Assembly (NCBI GenBank): GCA_002633005.1
Contig: NMRA01000002.1
Coordinates: forward strand, 264,044-328,043
Source of the DNA: Phoronis australis
Lineage: Eukaryota > Animalia > Phoronida
DNA length: 64,000 nucleotides
Reading direction: 5' to 3'
Part shown: piece by piece, positions 21,818 through 35,556 of the stretch
Layout: each line of letters starts with the position of its first letter
How positions within the stretch are numbered: position 1 is the stretch's first letter
Translations under genes and position numbers: made by a program
The notes under the pieces: model-generated
What the model saw: only the letters and a program-made list of their open reading frames with translations
Told to the model about the DNA's origin: nothing
Databases searched by the model: none

Positions 21818-23317
21818 GTTCATGATTTGTCATCAATGCAGATATAAACGATGTTTGTCTGTAAAACGGGCAAACCTCAAGAAGTATAAAGGCAGTTTAC
21901 CATCTAAGTGTTGGATGTCCTCAGCACAAAGGGCAACTTAATCACAGTCTGGACTTAGGCTTGATGCTGTATAGTCACCGTAATAACTGAGGTGTGGCGT
22001 ACTGTTTACAGTACGACATTACGATATTGTTCATCAAGGTCACTTTTGTTTAGGTAATAACATGTAATAAGCAGTGAAAATCAATTACTACTAATGTAAT
22101 TTCTCACCTATTTTGAACAAAATACGGCAGACAAATGGAATTTTATTTTGTCAAATTTGTCAAGTTTAAGAAAACGTTAGTCCATTGTTTGCTTGGTTTG
22201 TTCTGGAGATGTGTTATGAAACAACATTTGATAGTTTTCATTATTTGTAGATAGGTAATCGAGTCCTCTTGTTAGTATCCATTCTCAAGCTGTTGTTGCA
22301 TTGGGTTGGGGCATGTGTGATGTCAGGACAAGGATCGGTAAGTCTGGTTAGTGACCGGTCTGGATATGCATTTGTGTGCACCTGCACAAATCCTACAGTT
22401 GGTTTTTTAGATCTAGTCAAGCAGTCAAGAGTCGCTACTCGTCCGTGATGTCATACACTCCAACACAATGTAAAATTAGTGTGAGAATGGGCGAGAGGAG
22501 TTCCGAAAATGTTTTTGTGTTTGTTAGTAAGTTTTCATCTGCGTGCTAAAGAATTATCATTCCTTATTTTGAGTGCACAAACTAAGCATGTATTAAAGTG
22601 TGCAAAATAGCCAGATACTGGTCATTTGGTGATCTTGTCACTGGCTGCTCTTAATCTACACTCCCGTCTGCTTTTGATTCGTTTAGCCAGAGGATCAACC
22701 ATCATCTAGGGCTGCATTTTGTAGATGCAAGAATCTCATGAGTTAACTTGGTCACGTGCTTCGCTTGCAATGTATGGCATATCGGGGGAAGTCTTACATT
22801 ATCTTACATTTTCGCAAGTTTCTTAGGTCTACAGAACGCAGGCCTGTGCTATCCAGTTTTTGCCCAAGTAAAATTTGGACTGAACCTTTACAACTCAAGA
22901 TATTTACTTCTTGTAAGTTACCAGGTAGTGATGGGGTGGCCTGATTTCAGTTGGCATTCTCTTTAGTTTTGCCCAACAAAATTTCAGTTTTCCATTTTTA
23001 AGGGACACTTTAAAATGCTCAAAATTTAGCTTTCTTTTATAATACTTCTTCATATTATCATGATGATGTTGAGAAATTTGACAAAATAACATTCCAGGTG
23101 TTGGTATTGTGTGCTAAACTGAATTGTGTTTTTAGAAAAAAGTTATCAAATCAGTCTGTAACTGGTGTAATAAGAAAGGATACCTTAGTTTATATAATGT
23201 TTGCTGAAGGACATTATATTAGCCTTTCTTAAAGGGACATTATTGTTTTTAGGGGCAAATATGCATTTTAGTGGGAATTTTGTTTGGTCAGATAGACTTC
23301 TTGAAGTTATTAGCCTT

Positions 23318-23579
23318 GGACTCCTTCCAAGAAACTGACTTTTAAGTGAAAAGTTCATTTTTGACTTAAGTCTAAGATCTGTCTTAACTTTCAAACTTTG
23401 AAACTTCCACATGGGATAAGTTAATCAAAATTAAGACATTGTAAAAACTTAAGTCAAAAACTTAAGTCAAACTTAAAATCTCTTTCTTGAAACAGATTTA
23501 GGGCAAATTCAAGTTTTATCTTAAAATTCACTGAAATTTAAGGTTTGTCTTAGCTAAGTCAGTTTTTTGAAAGGGCCCC
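23318..23579. mobile_element. Degenerate MITE (Harbinger-like termini)
   Basis: Imperfect TIRs ggactccttccaagaaactgactt / aagtcagttttttgaaagggcccc enclose repeated acttaagtc motifs. Confidence 0.5.
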
Positions 23580-23719
23580 TTGTTTAGAGCTACAAAACAA
23601 ACTCGATTGTGTTTTGTGATGTTATTATAAATTGCCAATTCTCTCGGTTGTCTTCCAGTCACTTGTTGATAACTAAGCTGGTAGGTTAACCGGCTGGATT
23701 TGCTTAAAATATTCTGCAG

Positions 23720-23920
23720 TTGGAGTGGGATTTACCTCCACCGGCAGAACATTTGGCTGCGACCGCCGGCGTTCCAGGTTCCAGTTCGCACCGAGTCTAA
23801 TCTCGGAAAATTGCTTTTGTCGCCGGTGATGTCCCTTCAACTTTGAATTGGCAGTGGTTATGTCTGTGGGATAGAAAGAGGTTGATTTGTTGGAGTTTTA
23901 TGTTTGTTAAAGGGGTAATA
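23720..23920 (+). mobile_element. Possible degenerate tRNA-derived SINE
   Basis: A GC-rich head with a degenerate B-box (ccaggttccagttc) is followed by a body ending in gggtaataaa. It is single-copy in the window. Confidence 0.3.
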
Positions 23921-26900
23921 AATCCCTACCTTTTGTCAAAAATAAATTAAATCCACTTACTATTGGCCACATCTTGTTTCTTACGCAGATTAGATATGAT
24001 TTTCAGATTTTTGACGGGTCGTTATTGTTTCAGACCAAGTTACTTGTTACCGCGGCCCTTTTGTTTTCAATGGCTAAAACAAGTAATATGGGGGTTTCAG
24101 TTGATTTCACTGTCTTAAGAACGCTTGAGGGCTGTTGTTTTTGAATGGTTAGCGTTGAAAGTTTTTTTGTTTTTTTTGAACACCAGATTGTTGTGTTGTT
24201 TTCGGAACAGCCCGGTCGTGTGATGGAAAGTTGGGTTAAAATTAAGATTTTGATCTTTTGTAACTTTGAGCCACCTATTTGTAAATGAGTTGTGGTTCTT
24301 ATTCGGTCTTAACTATCTATGGATCTCATGGTTGTAGTAAAGTCGTCATATATAACCACAAACTACAGAATCCTTACCACTTTTCACAAAATTTCCCACT
24401 CCTGCCACGCACGAGGGACCCTTACCACGCATACAGTCAAAATGTCTTATGTTGAGGTGTGTCATTGGTTGTAGCTCAATACATGGAGAGACCAGAAGAT
24501 TTGATCCGGTCAAGGATATTTTGTGGTAAGTGTTGGCAGCCCATAAGCGTATTAGGTGGAATCGGGGGATGGGGCAATTGCCCTCCCAGATTTGGGTCAA
24601 TTATGGATGATTCGGGCGAAACCTGCAGAAAATATTCGGACATGGGAAGGACGTTAGAGGAGCCTCATCAATGTCGGTAAAATGACTGGATAATACACAG
24701 TGCTGAAAGGAGAGTGCATGGTGACGGGAGGGGGGGTGCAAAAATTGAGTGACGGAGGTGGAATGCCTGGTAACGGTGGCGATCGAAGGGGACAGGTGGA
24801 TGAAATTGGTGAGGAGCAAATTTACATTATATATATCCATTAAGTAGCTAAGTCAGATACGCCTACATTGCAGCCTGTTAAACTTAGTCGCGTCTAAAGG
24901 AAGCGCGAACAGGGGACACATATATACGTGCATGCCTCATAGGTCTAAATTTGAAGGCTTTGGGGTGAACGGTGCGAGGACATTGGCATAGGCACGGGGC
25001 AATCGAGAAAGGTATCGATCGAGAATAGAGACACACGCCGAAATATGTAGAGAGAAAATCTACGAGAACTAACTACCGACGATGGATATATATCCTTCGG
25101 GGCCAGTTTGTTAGGAGGAGCCCATTTTTGCAACTATTTTAATTAGAAGCAGCTTCTTAATCACACATGCTCAAAAATCCCAGAAACTTTGTTCTGAACA
25201 AATTTTCATGAGCAAATTGATTCACAGGTTTAAATTCAATATGTCTGGATTTCTCCAGTGGCCTTCTAGTGTTCTTGAATCAGGAAACTGACAGAGACGG
25301 CCCTCAGGATAGGATCTAGTCAATGGCTGCTCGTCATTTGTTGTTTTGAAATGACATATCCTTTCAGGATACAGCCCTTTGGAGGCAGTCTGCTCATGGC
25401 AACGCTTTTCCTTTTTGTGATAACCTATAACCTTTTATGTTATTAAGGAAGTTTTTTTTTTAATCCTTTACTGTCACTTTTCAGAGTAAACATAAAACAC
25501 TGGCCGGTGGCTATGATCATTGGCAATTTAAAATAATTGGCACGTATCAGAAATAAGTAAATATGCAAGACACTATACATCCAGGCTACCACAAACCGTA
25601 CACGTTTGTCTTGAAATCGTTATCTGGGAGACAAGTGGTGCACGGCCCTGAAAACCTCCACCAGAACAGAGCGCTTACGCCTAAGGTGAAGTGAGGGAAT
25701 GCACGTCCTCAATAACAAACCCTGTAGTAAAATCCTGGAAAACAAATTTCAAGGCCCTGTACTGAAGTTTTTTTTCCAGTTAGCTGGAGTGTGTTGAGCC
25801 TCAAAAGTGTCAAACAATATTACAGTAATTGCTTTTTTGGAAGGTCCGATGATTAATTAACCATCACTACTGTTCATTAAAGTAGTGTTGAGAAAGTGAT
25901 ACATTGCGTGCGATTTACCATTTACGGAGTTCGTTGAATTCAAGTAGACGAACTTAAACCTCGTAATAGGGATTTAATTCGTTGAACAGCTGTCTGATCG
26001 TGCCGACATAGACTAGATTCAGTTCAACACTGAGAGAAGAACTGTTACCGAAATTTTTCAATGATGTAGCCTTTCTTGTTAAAGATTTTCATGTCAGTCA
26101 CTGAGAGTCCTCTCATAGAGGGGCGACCCATTGTCCGCCTACAAATCCGACTCAACGCGGGGAAGTAGATAAAATTGCAAATTAGTCGGAAAAACACATA
26201 AATTCTCACAAATGAAGCACAACAGCATCACGAAATGTGGTCCAAACAAAGAAAAAGTGAGATAGTATTACTAAAAATAGAATCGGCAGTAATTGAAAGG
26301 AACGAAATTTACTGAAGAACCACTGCACCGGCGCATTAGGCAATAGTGTGATATAGGTAATGGTCTACCGGTGCATTACGTAAAGGTAATGTTCTTGATC
26401 GTTTTAAAACGAATATACATGCATTTTTCGGTAATGGTCTGATATAACGTGCCCAAATTTTGAGAACCAGTTTTCTCCACTAAATAACGAGCATCAAATT
26501 ATTCTAAGAATAGTATTTCGTTTTGAAGATCATTACTGATTGCTAGTGAAAAATGAGTTCAGTGTTTATGGGAGACTCACAAATGTTGATCAGACTGTCG
26601 GGTTACGTATTAATGACCGTGTACAATTAATTAACAAGTCTTGACGGAGTAAGGTGCTCAAAATACATGAACTAGCAATTGCAAACAAATACTTCTTCGT
26701 AACACCCTATGACTGGAATGAACCAGAATTCATGTTAACCCGAATAAAATCAGAAAATTTCTCGCGATCGAGTGCCTCCAACTCCACCGCATGATGCTTA
26801 GTCAGGTATTCTGCCCTAATTTCTACCAGGAACTGCCTGCGAATGCATGCAGTGAATCGCGGATTTCACAACAGTCTTCAATGTAAATTATCACCATCCA

Positions 26901-29229
26901 GTTTAGACCCCAACACCTAACAGAAGCTCTATGTGTCCTTTTAGTTGTATGTTGTGTTGCCATGTGACTGCCCAGCAAAGCAGAGTTATTTTCTCCTTGT
27001 AACGTGCAAGGGTTTATTGGTTTCGAATTTACATGTTTATGTGTCCATGAAAATCAACTGATTTGATAGATACTTTTTTCAATTCGGCGTTAATCTTGTG
27101 GCAAGAAATTGACCATACTCCAATAAACTTAGGTGCAGGCTGAACTTTCGGAAATTTCTACATCCTACCAAATTTTGAAATTTGTTACAACAGAAGGGGC
27201 ATAAGTTTGAGGAGGTCCAATTAGTTTGTCCCCTCTTCCGCAACATTTTTCACGTCTTATGAACACATTTCTTTGCGCGCACTGACGAGGACGTTCTCGT
27301 TGACAGCGCTCCTTTTCGAATGCAATTAAGTTATTTCAAATGCAATTGTTTTCTCATCAACCTCATGTAATAAAACAGAATGATCTCAGATCGACTAGTT
27401 AATGCTTCTGAGATCGTACCTAGTACCTGCTACATTCAGAGTGTCAAGCACGTGCAGCATGCAGGTGCCTCTTTTGTGTGAAGGAAGATGGTTTATGAGA
27501 AAAGAATTCCAGTTCGCAAAAAAATATGCTGTTGATGAAATTGTGATGCCCGTTTGGAACGTGAACAAGATTTTTACGTTGAACGGGACCAGAGGAAGAA
27601 GTCTGAATATGACAGTTGTTTTTGAAAACTGTTTTTCAATCGCTTTGTCACAGCTGTGTCCCAAGACTGGAAAATTGGGGATGGCCCGGGGGTGATTGTA
27701 ACCACTAGTGTCAGTGCGTCAATGTAGTTTCATTTCAATCACTTTGGATAACTTTAGAAGGGTCACCTGGACGTCCTATTGTGTGATGAAAAGTTTGTTT
27801 TGTTTGCTTTTATTTTTTCTTTTATTACGATCTGTTTGTTAATGAGTACCAAGGCCAATGAGAGCCCAGTCTTTGTTTTTAAGAAGAACATTTACCATGA
27901 CAGCACTTTTTAAAATTGTGTTCGCCAATGGTGTATTTAATTTCAAAATGTGAAAGGTAATTGTGTAGTAAAGATAATGCTATTTCACAGAAAATTAGTA
28001 AATTTCGATTTTCTACTTTCATTCGATATGGGAAACAGCTGCGCGCAAATGTTTATTTAAAGGGAGAGGTTGGAGGCGTAAATATTTCTTTTTTGTTTCC
28101 ACTATTTTTGAAGACCAGAATACGGGGTTTCAGCAATGGAAGAATATCATTGGTAAAATACGAACATCAAGTAAATGTAAATTTGCTTTTTGATGCCAAT
28201 TGATCGCCAAGATAGCTCTATCAGAAATCAAAAATTTAAACTTTAAAAATTTTACGTTGACTGTCAAGCCGTCTTTCGTCAGCTTCTGATTTTGACAACT
28301 TACGCTAATGAAGGTGATCTTCATGTTCTGCACTCAAATTCAGGATTCTGTGCTTTGGAAAAACTGACATTTCGTTACTGCTGGAGACAAAAGTAAAAAG
28401 GTTGTCTTTTCATGGCAATACAATTCATAGGCGAAACGGTCTGGAACAATAACGACCTGAATTTCAAGAACATAACATATTACCTTCGTGTCAACATCGC
28501 AGGCTATCCCATATGTTGTTTATAGCCTTGACACTCCAGACCCATTGAGTGGTTGGATCGAAAATAGATTGTAAAACTCAGTGTATGCTACAGCAAATGT
28601 CAAGTAGAAAATACATTTAGAACACCTGGTTGCACCGGTTGAAACGAAGCTGTAAAAGTCAAATTACACAAACAAAAACTTCGATCACCACGTGATGGTA
28701 AACCGCAATTTTTTTACGACTGATAAGCTTAGAGTATTTGATTTGCATTTTTTTTGTTATTTTTGTGTTTCCCATTTCGGGTTACGGAATTAAGCCTACC
28801 AAAGTCGACGTACCGTATTTTTGGCGTTTTAGCGGCTGGAAGATAATTTCACAAGCTTTAAATTTCAAACAAAATCTGGAAACAAGTCACGTAGATAGAT
28901 TTAACCATTTTATTTTATTCCCTTCCTAACTTAATCCAACTCCAACCACTTACGCCCAATCTCACGTTACCAAAGAGGGATAGGACGATTTATTCTAAAG
29001 CCGTGAAGGCTTTGAAATCCTAAAGAAAATGAGGAAGTCCATAATACAATACAAAGGATACATGCAGTTACGCAACTTCTGCGTCGGCTCAGGGTGTCGG
29101 CATGTAAATATCTCGAATACACAAGTAAAATTCCCGATAAATGTATCACGGTCCATATCAAGATCTATAACTCGTTACTTCAGGTTCAGAAATTGAATCA
29201 CCCATTCGAGCACAAAAAAGCATGTGCAT

Positions 29230-29312
29230 AAAAAATAATTGCAGACGGTCTGATACACGATGTACCAGACCTGCGCAGGTCGCGCATGAGGGCCTATTGC
29301 ACGGATCACCTG
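29230..29312 (-). repeat. 3' module of the SINE-like element, standing alone upstream of the BMP receptor
   Basis: It is the reverse complement of 2010-2093 (caggtgatc.gtgcaat.ggccc...gtctggtaca.cgtgtatcagaccg...caattatttt). Confidence 0.75.
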
Positions 29313-29399
29313 ATTGCATGTGCATAAATATACAATACATTATGTTTGAACGAAAGTGTCTTTCTACGGGATATCAGTTGTTTCAAAAAACACCAGATG

Positions 29400-29490
29400 G
29401 TGCATGGTTCGTTTCGAACCGTGGGGAGAGGTACAAGAAAGTAAACAGCCTGTGACGTCACGGAGGTCATCGGAAAGCAAAATGGCGGCT
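29400..29490 (+). promoter_or_regulatory. BMP receptor proximal promoter / 5' UTR motifs
   Basis: A full CRE TGACGTCA lies at 29453-29460, inside the palindrome GTGACGTCAC. An ETS-like CGGAA, a YY1-like AAAATGGCGGC over the ATG, and a hairpin GGTTCG-TTT-CGAACC (29406-29420) are also present. Confidence 0.55.
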
Positions 29491-29560
29491 GGGGTGAAGT
29501 GGAGAAAGCTAAGCTATATTTATGCCGCGATTTTTGTCTTGATTAACTTCTTAGATTTTG
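29482..29560 (+). CDS. BMPR1: BMP type I receptor exon 1 (signal peptide MAAGVKWRKLSYIYAAIFVLINFLDF)
   Basis: It has an aaaATGG start and a hydrophobic stretch. The G|gtaagt phase-1 donor joins exon 2 in frame (…DF-A-MGLLCYC). The link across 27 kb is inferred from phase and peptide logic. Confidence 0.75.
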
Positions 29561-32500
29561 GTAAGTACTGTTTGGCTTATGCTTATTTAGTACCTGTGAC
29601 ATGTCGTGCAGATTTTCACCTCATGCACTAGTTTTATTCCTCGTTTTAAGTTGAAAACTTTGTACTCGTTTTCGCAGGGATATCCCGTTGTGTTATCGTA
29701 ACGAGACTCTGGGAATGAGGCACACAAGCCTGTTCAACCTTCCCCAGAACAATGTTTCGATGTGAACATTTGATAACTTTCCTTGTGCTTGAATTAGTGA
29801 ACTATTTGGGAAACTATATTCCATGCTTTGGGTTGTTTTGAAACTGAGCTTGGGTAGCGTAAATCTTGGGACAGAAGAGAACTTAGTCAAACTTCTGACA
29901 GTCCATTCTTTGTTCACAAGCCCCATTCCATAATTCCCTGATGGAGACCAGGAGTTGTCAGTTGGACATTTGTCATTGACTGGTATTGGTCCCAGATTTG
30001 AAATACTGTGTTTTATACTAATTTCTGCTTTTTTCAATGTGAATCAAGTCAGTTGGTGGTATTCAAATGATATTTTTTCCATAAAGCCTATTTTAATGAA
30101 ACTCATTGTCGAGCTCAAACCCCAGCATGTACTAGTCTCTATCGTGACTGACCATTGCAGTCTTTTTGAAAAATACCAATTTTAGCATTTGTCCAAAAAT
30201 GGCCAACAATTTCTGCCTTTGCTATGTACAGTTATGATGAAGTCAGCAGATACTGATATTTTCATGTTTTACTTAATTTTTCTCTCACATGAAAACTCTA
30301 ATTCTGGAGATGTTGGCAATTTCTTGTTAGTTGTTGGGTACATTGGCTCTGTGGATTCTATGTTGCCCTGTTGTGACATAGTGTTAAAATAATGGACCAA
30401 ATGATTACTGGTGCTACTAATTTTTAAACTAAATTTAAAAATAATATGCCGTAGTTTAAATTTTCGGTAACCATATTCTTTGTTGGTATAACAAGTACTG
30501 TGGTATCATCCACTGATAAGGTGTCCATTTGAATTGAACCCTGCACTTAGTTGTTAAGAAGTTTAAGATTGGACAATGTGAAACAGTCCTGAAATATCAA
30601 GTTTTTCGTTGTGATTCGATAAAAACATCTCCAGCATCAGAATTCCAGCGTTACCGTTTCAATGGAAAATGATTTCTAGCAATCACAACTGTGTTTCCTT
30701 ACTTCACGAATTGTATAATATTTTCTCATTCTTCTTGCGATAAGTTTTTGCTGTCTCTTGCATCGGGACTACCGCCATCCCCTCTAATTAATGGTTATGG
30801 GTAATAGCTGATGGTTATTACACAATTATCCATTGAGGAAAATTAACCTGCATGTGGGTGGGAAGTGATGCTGTTAACAAATTCAATTATTATGGCATTA
30901 TGTCTGGGCTCAGGGACCTGTGTATTCACTGTTACTCAATGTGTAAACATTTAACTACTTTACCTTTGCTGTGATTTTATTCCTTCTGTTGTCTAGGGAT
31001 ACAATATATCACTGTTCAAAATGAGGTCATTGTCAAAGCTTCTTCAGATGCAGAGCTGCTTCATGCAATCACTCATATACATAGGTAGTTGCCTTTCATG
31101 TATTCTGAAATTGTGTAAGTTACCAAGCATGACCAGGCCGCTGTCTCCTTCCTTCCTCAGGTGCACAGGGCACAATGGCCTGCAATTTTTCAATTATGTT
31201 ATCTCTGTTTAACAAATATTTACAAATATAACAGATTACCAAGCTTTGGTTATTTGTTGTCCAGATTTTGTGGTCCCCATTTCACTTGGATGGTTTTTCA
31301 CACTCAGCGTTTTGCGTCTTGTTGACTTTGCCAAGATGGGAACACTGAGAGAAAAAACAGAATATGTTTACTTTGTCTTGCAATGGTAAATGGTGTTTGC
31401 TTTATATAATTCAGGACTACTTCGTTGCTAGTCTGTTTTGGCTCTGTTGTGATGTTACACGGATGAGCTTGCGTTGTGTGCTTTTCTAGCTTTCGAGCTT
31501 GGCAGAGTAGGGTATTATGAGTCCATGGCTGTGGTATCGTACAACAAAACATACTATGGGTACTGCAGTCATGTGATTGGCTTTTGCTGGTCGTATAGTG
31601 ACCCACCCCCCACAAGTCACTGGTTACCATCGGTGACCAGTGAAAATGAGTGTGAACTGTTTGAGAAATATTTGTTTACTTGATGCAAATGCCATTGGTG
31701 TTTACTCAAACAAGTATGATTACAATAACTGGTTCATGGACTGTTGCTGCGGCAACTGTAAAATCTGAGCACCACACAAATTGACCTTTTTTCATTTCTT
31801 GAGGGTTTCTAATATTATTACGAATGCTCACTGTTTTTTATCTTGAGTTTAACCTTTGTTTTCGTACTACATATCGTCAATGAAAAATGCGATAATCTCA
31901 CTTGTCTGCCATGTTGTGTATTAATTTTGGTGACAATTTACTATATGATCCACTTTTCCATAATTTCAAGGATTCAGAACTGTTGATCACAAACGAAAAA
32001 TGTGTGCTGCTGTTCTTAACATATCCTTAAAAAGTCAATAATCTCTTGTATTTTACGAATAGGCAATTTTTGTTCAAAATTCAACACCAAAGTTGCTATT
32101 TTTTTCTAGTCAGCTACCTTGTTAAAATTAAAGTAGAAGTTATATCAAGTTCTGATTTAGGATGACTGAATAGTGCCAACTGTACTAAACTGTGGAAATA
32201 AACATTTTCTCGCTGTGCATTTTTGTTGACAAATACAGATGAAGAACTGCCTTGTTCTGCTCAGTTTAACCCAGGGCTTAGCCCAAAAATTTGGATGACA
32301 TTGTATACAAAACCCCTTAGGGGAAACCATTCTCATGCTCCTAGCAGTGATTGTGATCAGTTGGTCTGCTGGACCATGGTTTATAGTCCCTACTGGACCA
32401 TGGTTTATGGTCCTGTTGTAAGGGTGAAGTATGCAGCTTAAATAAAAGACCTACACAGTTGTTCAAAGCATCAGTATTTCTGCACTCAAAATGTGTCAGT

Positions 32501-35306
32501 CTTTATTGCAGGAGATCATTTTTCACCCCTTCACTGTTTCTGCGCTCACTACCTGAGTATTTTTAGCTGATCTTCAACTCGTATCCTGAACTTAAATTCA
32601 ACAGACCGTTGCCTTGGTAGAGACTGGGGTTTAGAATTTCTGGTAAATTCGTACTGTTCTGTCTCTCCTCACCAGTTGAAAGTTTTGATATTTTTTGCTG
32701 TTACAGTTCTGTAAATTGTCGGTGTACGGTTTCAATATCAGTACATCGCTTTACTTTCAGACGAGGTAATTCTCTAGAGTGTTAAATCGCATTGTTCTGT
32801 GGTTTCTAGTTTTGCTTGTAGGTGTATGGTAACTAGATGGAGTGCCTCTGGATCTGGCTGTGGTAGGGGTTATGACTTTTCTGAGTCTGTTCTTTGGTTG
32901 TAAACATTAGTAACAATTCAAGAAGTTGTCCCGGTTCAAAGGATGATATTTTGTTTTCGAAATGAACGAATTTGTTATCTGAAGTGCAACGCAGCTTTTT
33001 GTTGTAAAAAACGCAGCCATTTTCTGAGTTCACATGATGTTTGAGCAAAGGGCAGATCTCCCATAGCATTTGCCATGTGAAGAAGAATTCATACTTGAAT
33101 GTTTCTTAGACTTTTTATCTTCTGCCTGATGACCATTCCCAAGATTGGTTGACAGATCTGCCTTCCTGTCGGTAGCAGGTCTGTTAGAATGTAACTTGAG
33201 GATTAAGCTCTTTTCGCATATGGTGACCACAGACCAGTGTGATTTGGTTTACTGGTAGATCTAGATTTTTTGACTTAGGTTTGTACCATCCACCATTTCT
33301 GATCATGTTTAAAAGGGGGGATTGAAGTCTGCCTATGTTGGCTGAAGGTTCACTTGGCTAGTCAGAGAGAGGCAGAGTTACCTCTCAGAAGAGTGCAACA
33401 CTTATCACCTCCCTCTGTCTTCCAATCTTGTGTTGATGTAACCTGTCTGTGTGCAGGGAGCTTCAGGCTTGCACCTGTTGACTGGAGTATTTGCTGGAAT
33501 GTTTATGGTATTTTATGCTTCACCAGCAAGTGACCTGGGTGTTTATGTGTTGGGTGGTATCCTTAGTTACAGTCAGATATGTTGACGATTGAGATTGATG
33601 CATTGAAAAAAATGCCAGTAGTCACTTGATAGTCAAGTTGATCTCCTAATATCGGAAGACATTTCATGCCTGATATCCGTGTTTAAGTTATGCAGATTCA
33701 AATTTGAGTTTGTGCGTTTTGCAACGACTCAATTTTATTTTATTGCGGACAAGGCCCACACTTTGTGTATACACGAACCTCGGAAATGTAAATAAGTGAA
33801 CTACTTACTGAACATGTCCTCACTATTAAGTACTGTAATCAGCTGGATCAATTTTGGTAAAATATATTTCAAAATATTGTTGTAAACACAGGTCTGCACA
33901 TTTTGTTTTAAGAACGGTTGTTATCCAGTCTTGTGTGGCTACCTTGGGTGCTAGATTCCTCAACTAAATTAATACGTTGAGATTTGGGAGAGTGAGGCAA
34001 ATGTGGCATCATGCAAAAATCAAAAAAAATTAACAACGTAGTCTATCAAATTCCATGATTCTGGCCTCAGATTGGTCGATGGTCGTTTTGCAGTGTTTAG
34101 TCTTTCTTTCTAAAGGTGACGCTGTTCTTTTTCCAGTTTTGAGAAACAACTTGAGTAAAGCATGCAGCAACTTATGAGCAAACCGGCACGGAGCTATGTC
34201 ATATTTCAATGGAAAAAGGTGTTACAATTGCTTGGTTGTTTTTTTATGAATCAGAATCTCGTCTCCATTGAATGCACGCTAATTCATTTGATAGACATTA
34301 TTGAAAGTGCATCAGTACTATGCGGGTGGATTGAGTGCCATCTCCCCTATTCATGCCGTATGTACCAAAACTGATCCTGCTTTGTGGTCATAGCTGAATA
34401 AATCATCAAGTTTTGTAATCAAGTTTAGCGTGTCATTTTATGTGTTGGGTAAAGAACATATATAAATACCCATTGAATACAGTACACACTGCGTCTTGCA
34501 GAGAGGTGCTTTCCCATTAGAGGAATTTCGGTTTACTGTAGCTTCACCAAAACTTCGATTACCTTTCCCACTAGACAGTGATATCGAAGTTATCGCTATA
34601 TGGCACTTCAGTCATCGGAGAAAAATTTGCTCGTAGTCTCTTACGAAGTATGAGTGGTGGGTTCAAGGCTAACTGAACATTGTTCTCCTGCCACTTACCA
34701 GTGTTTATGAAAATGATCAGTGTCATTCTTCATCTGATGCGTGTTCTTTTATATTTATGAATTGAAATGTACCAACGTAAACTGACTCATTTTGTGGGGG
34801 TATTGATCTCATTGAGTCTCGTGTGATTCTATCGCCAAAGTTTCCTCCTGCACCGCAGCTTCGGTGAGTACCGAAGCTTTGCTTTTTAAGTCGGCGTTAG
34901 CCTTTCTCACATACCGAAAGCAAGTTGTGAGTTACCACTGCAACTTGTCACCATTTAGAAATTGTATATGTTTGCGAAAAATGAAAAATCTTAACAATGT
35001 TTCTTAACAATGGGCGAAACTATCTAAGGATAACGTAGTAGCAGAAGGTCATAATGCAACATGATAAAATTATACAAGACTGAGTTGGTATTCAATGTAT
35101 TCTGTGAAGTGAGACCACCAAATACCATATGTATCGATGTTGGCTTTCAATCCTCAAGTAAGTCCAAGTTCCATGAAGAGAAATACCTGGGCATCCAGTT
35201 AGAAGTTGTACCCATGGAAATACCAAGTGATTGCAAAACCAAATTACCCATGTGGGTGATGATAATATCAAGTCAAATTACCCACCAAGAGCTCCATGAT
35301 AGTATA

Positions 35307-35556
35307 CAAGGCTTGGGATTTTCTTCTTTTTAGAGGATTTTTTTCTTTTTTGGTTTCAATTTCCTCGGATTTCATTTCCAGTTGCCTCTTTCTTTGTCTC
35401 TTTTTACCATTTTATTGACTTTTTTCATGCAAAAATATTTATTTCAGTTAAATTTTACAATACCAAAAATGTATCTATCACAAAAGACTATTTGTGGAAC
35501 GATGCATCACCTGGAAAATTTTCCTCTTTGTTTGTCATTGGTCATTCCAAGCCCTG
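35307..35556 (+). mobile_element. hAT-like MITE with 6-bp TSD
   Basis: Termini are CAAGGCTTGGGAT...ATTCCAAGCCCTG with flanks AGTATA / AGTCTA. The body is colinear with 63440-63671. Confidence 0.8.

Noticed and set aside
27383-27417. miRNA-like hairpin with a bantam-like TGAGATC (also tgagatcatt at ~53250)
   Set aside because: The stem is too short or absent, and the sequence beyond the seed does not match bantam.
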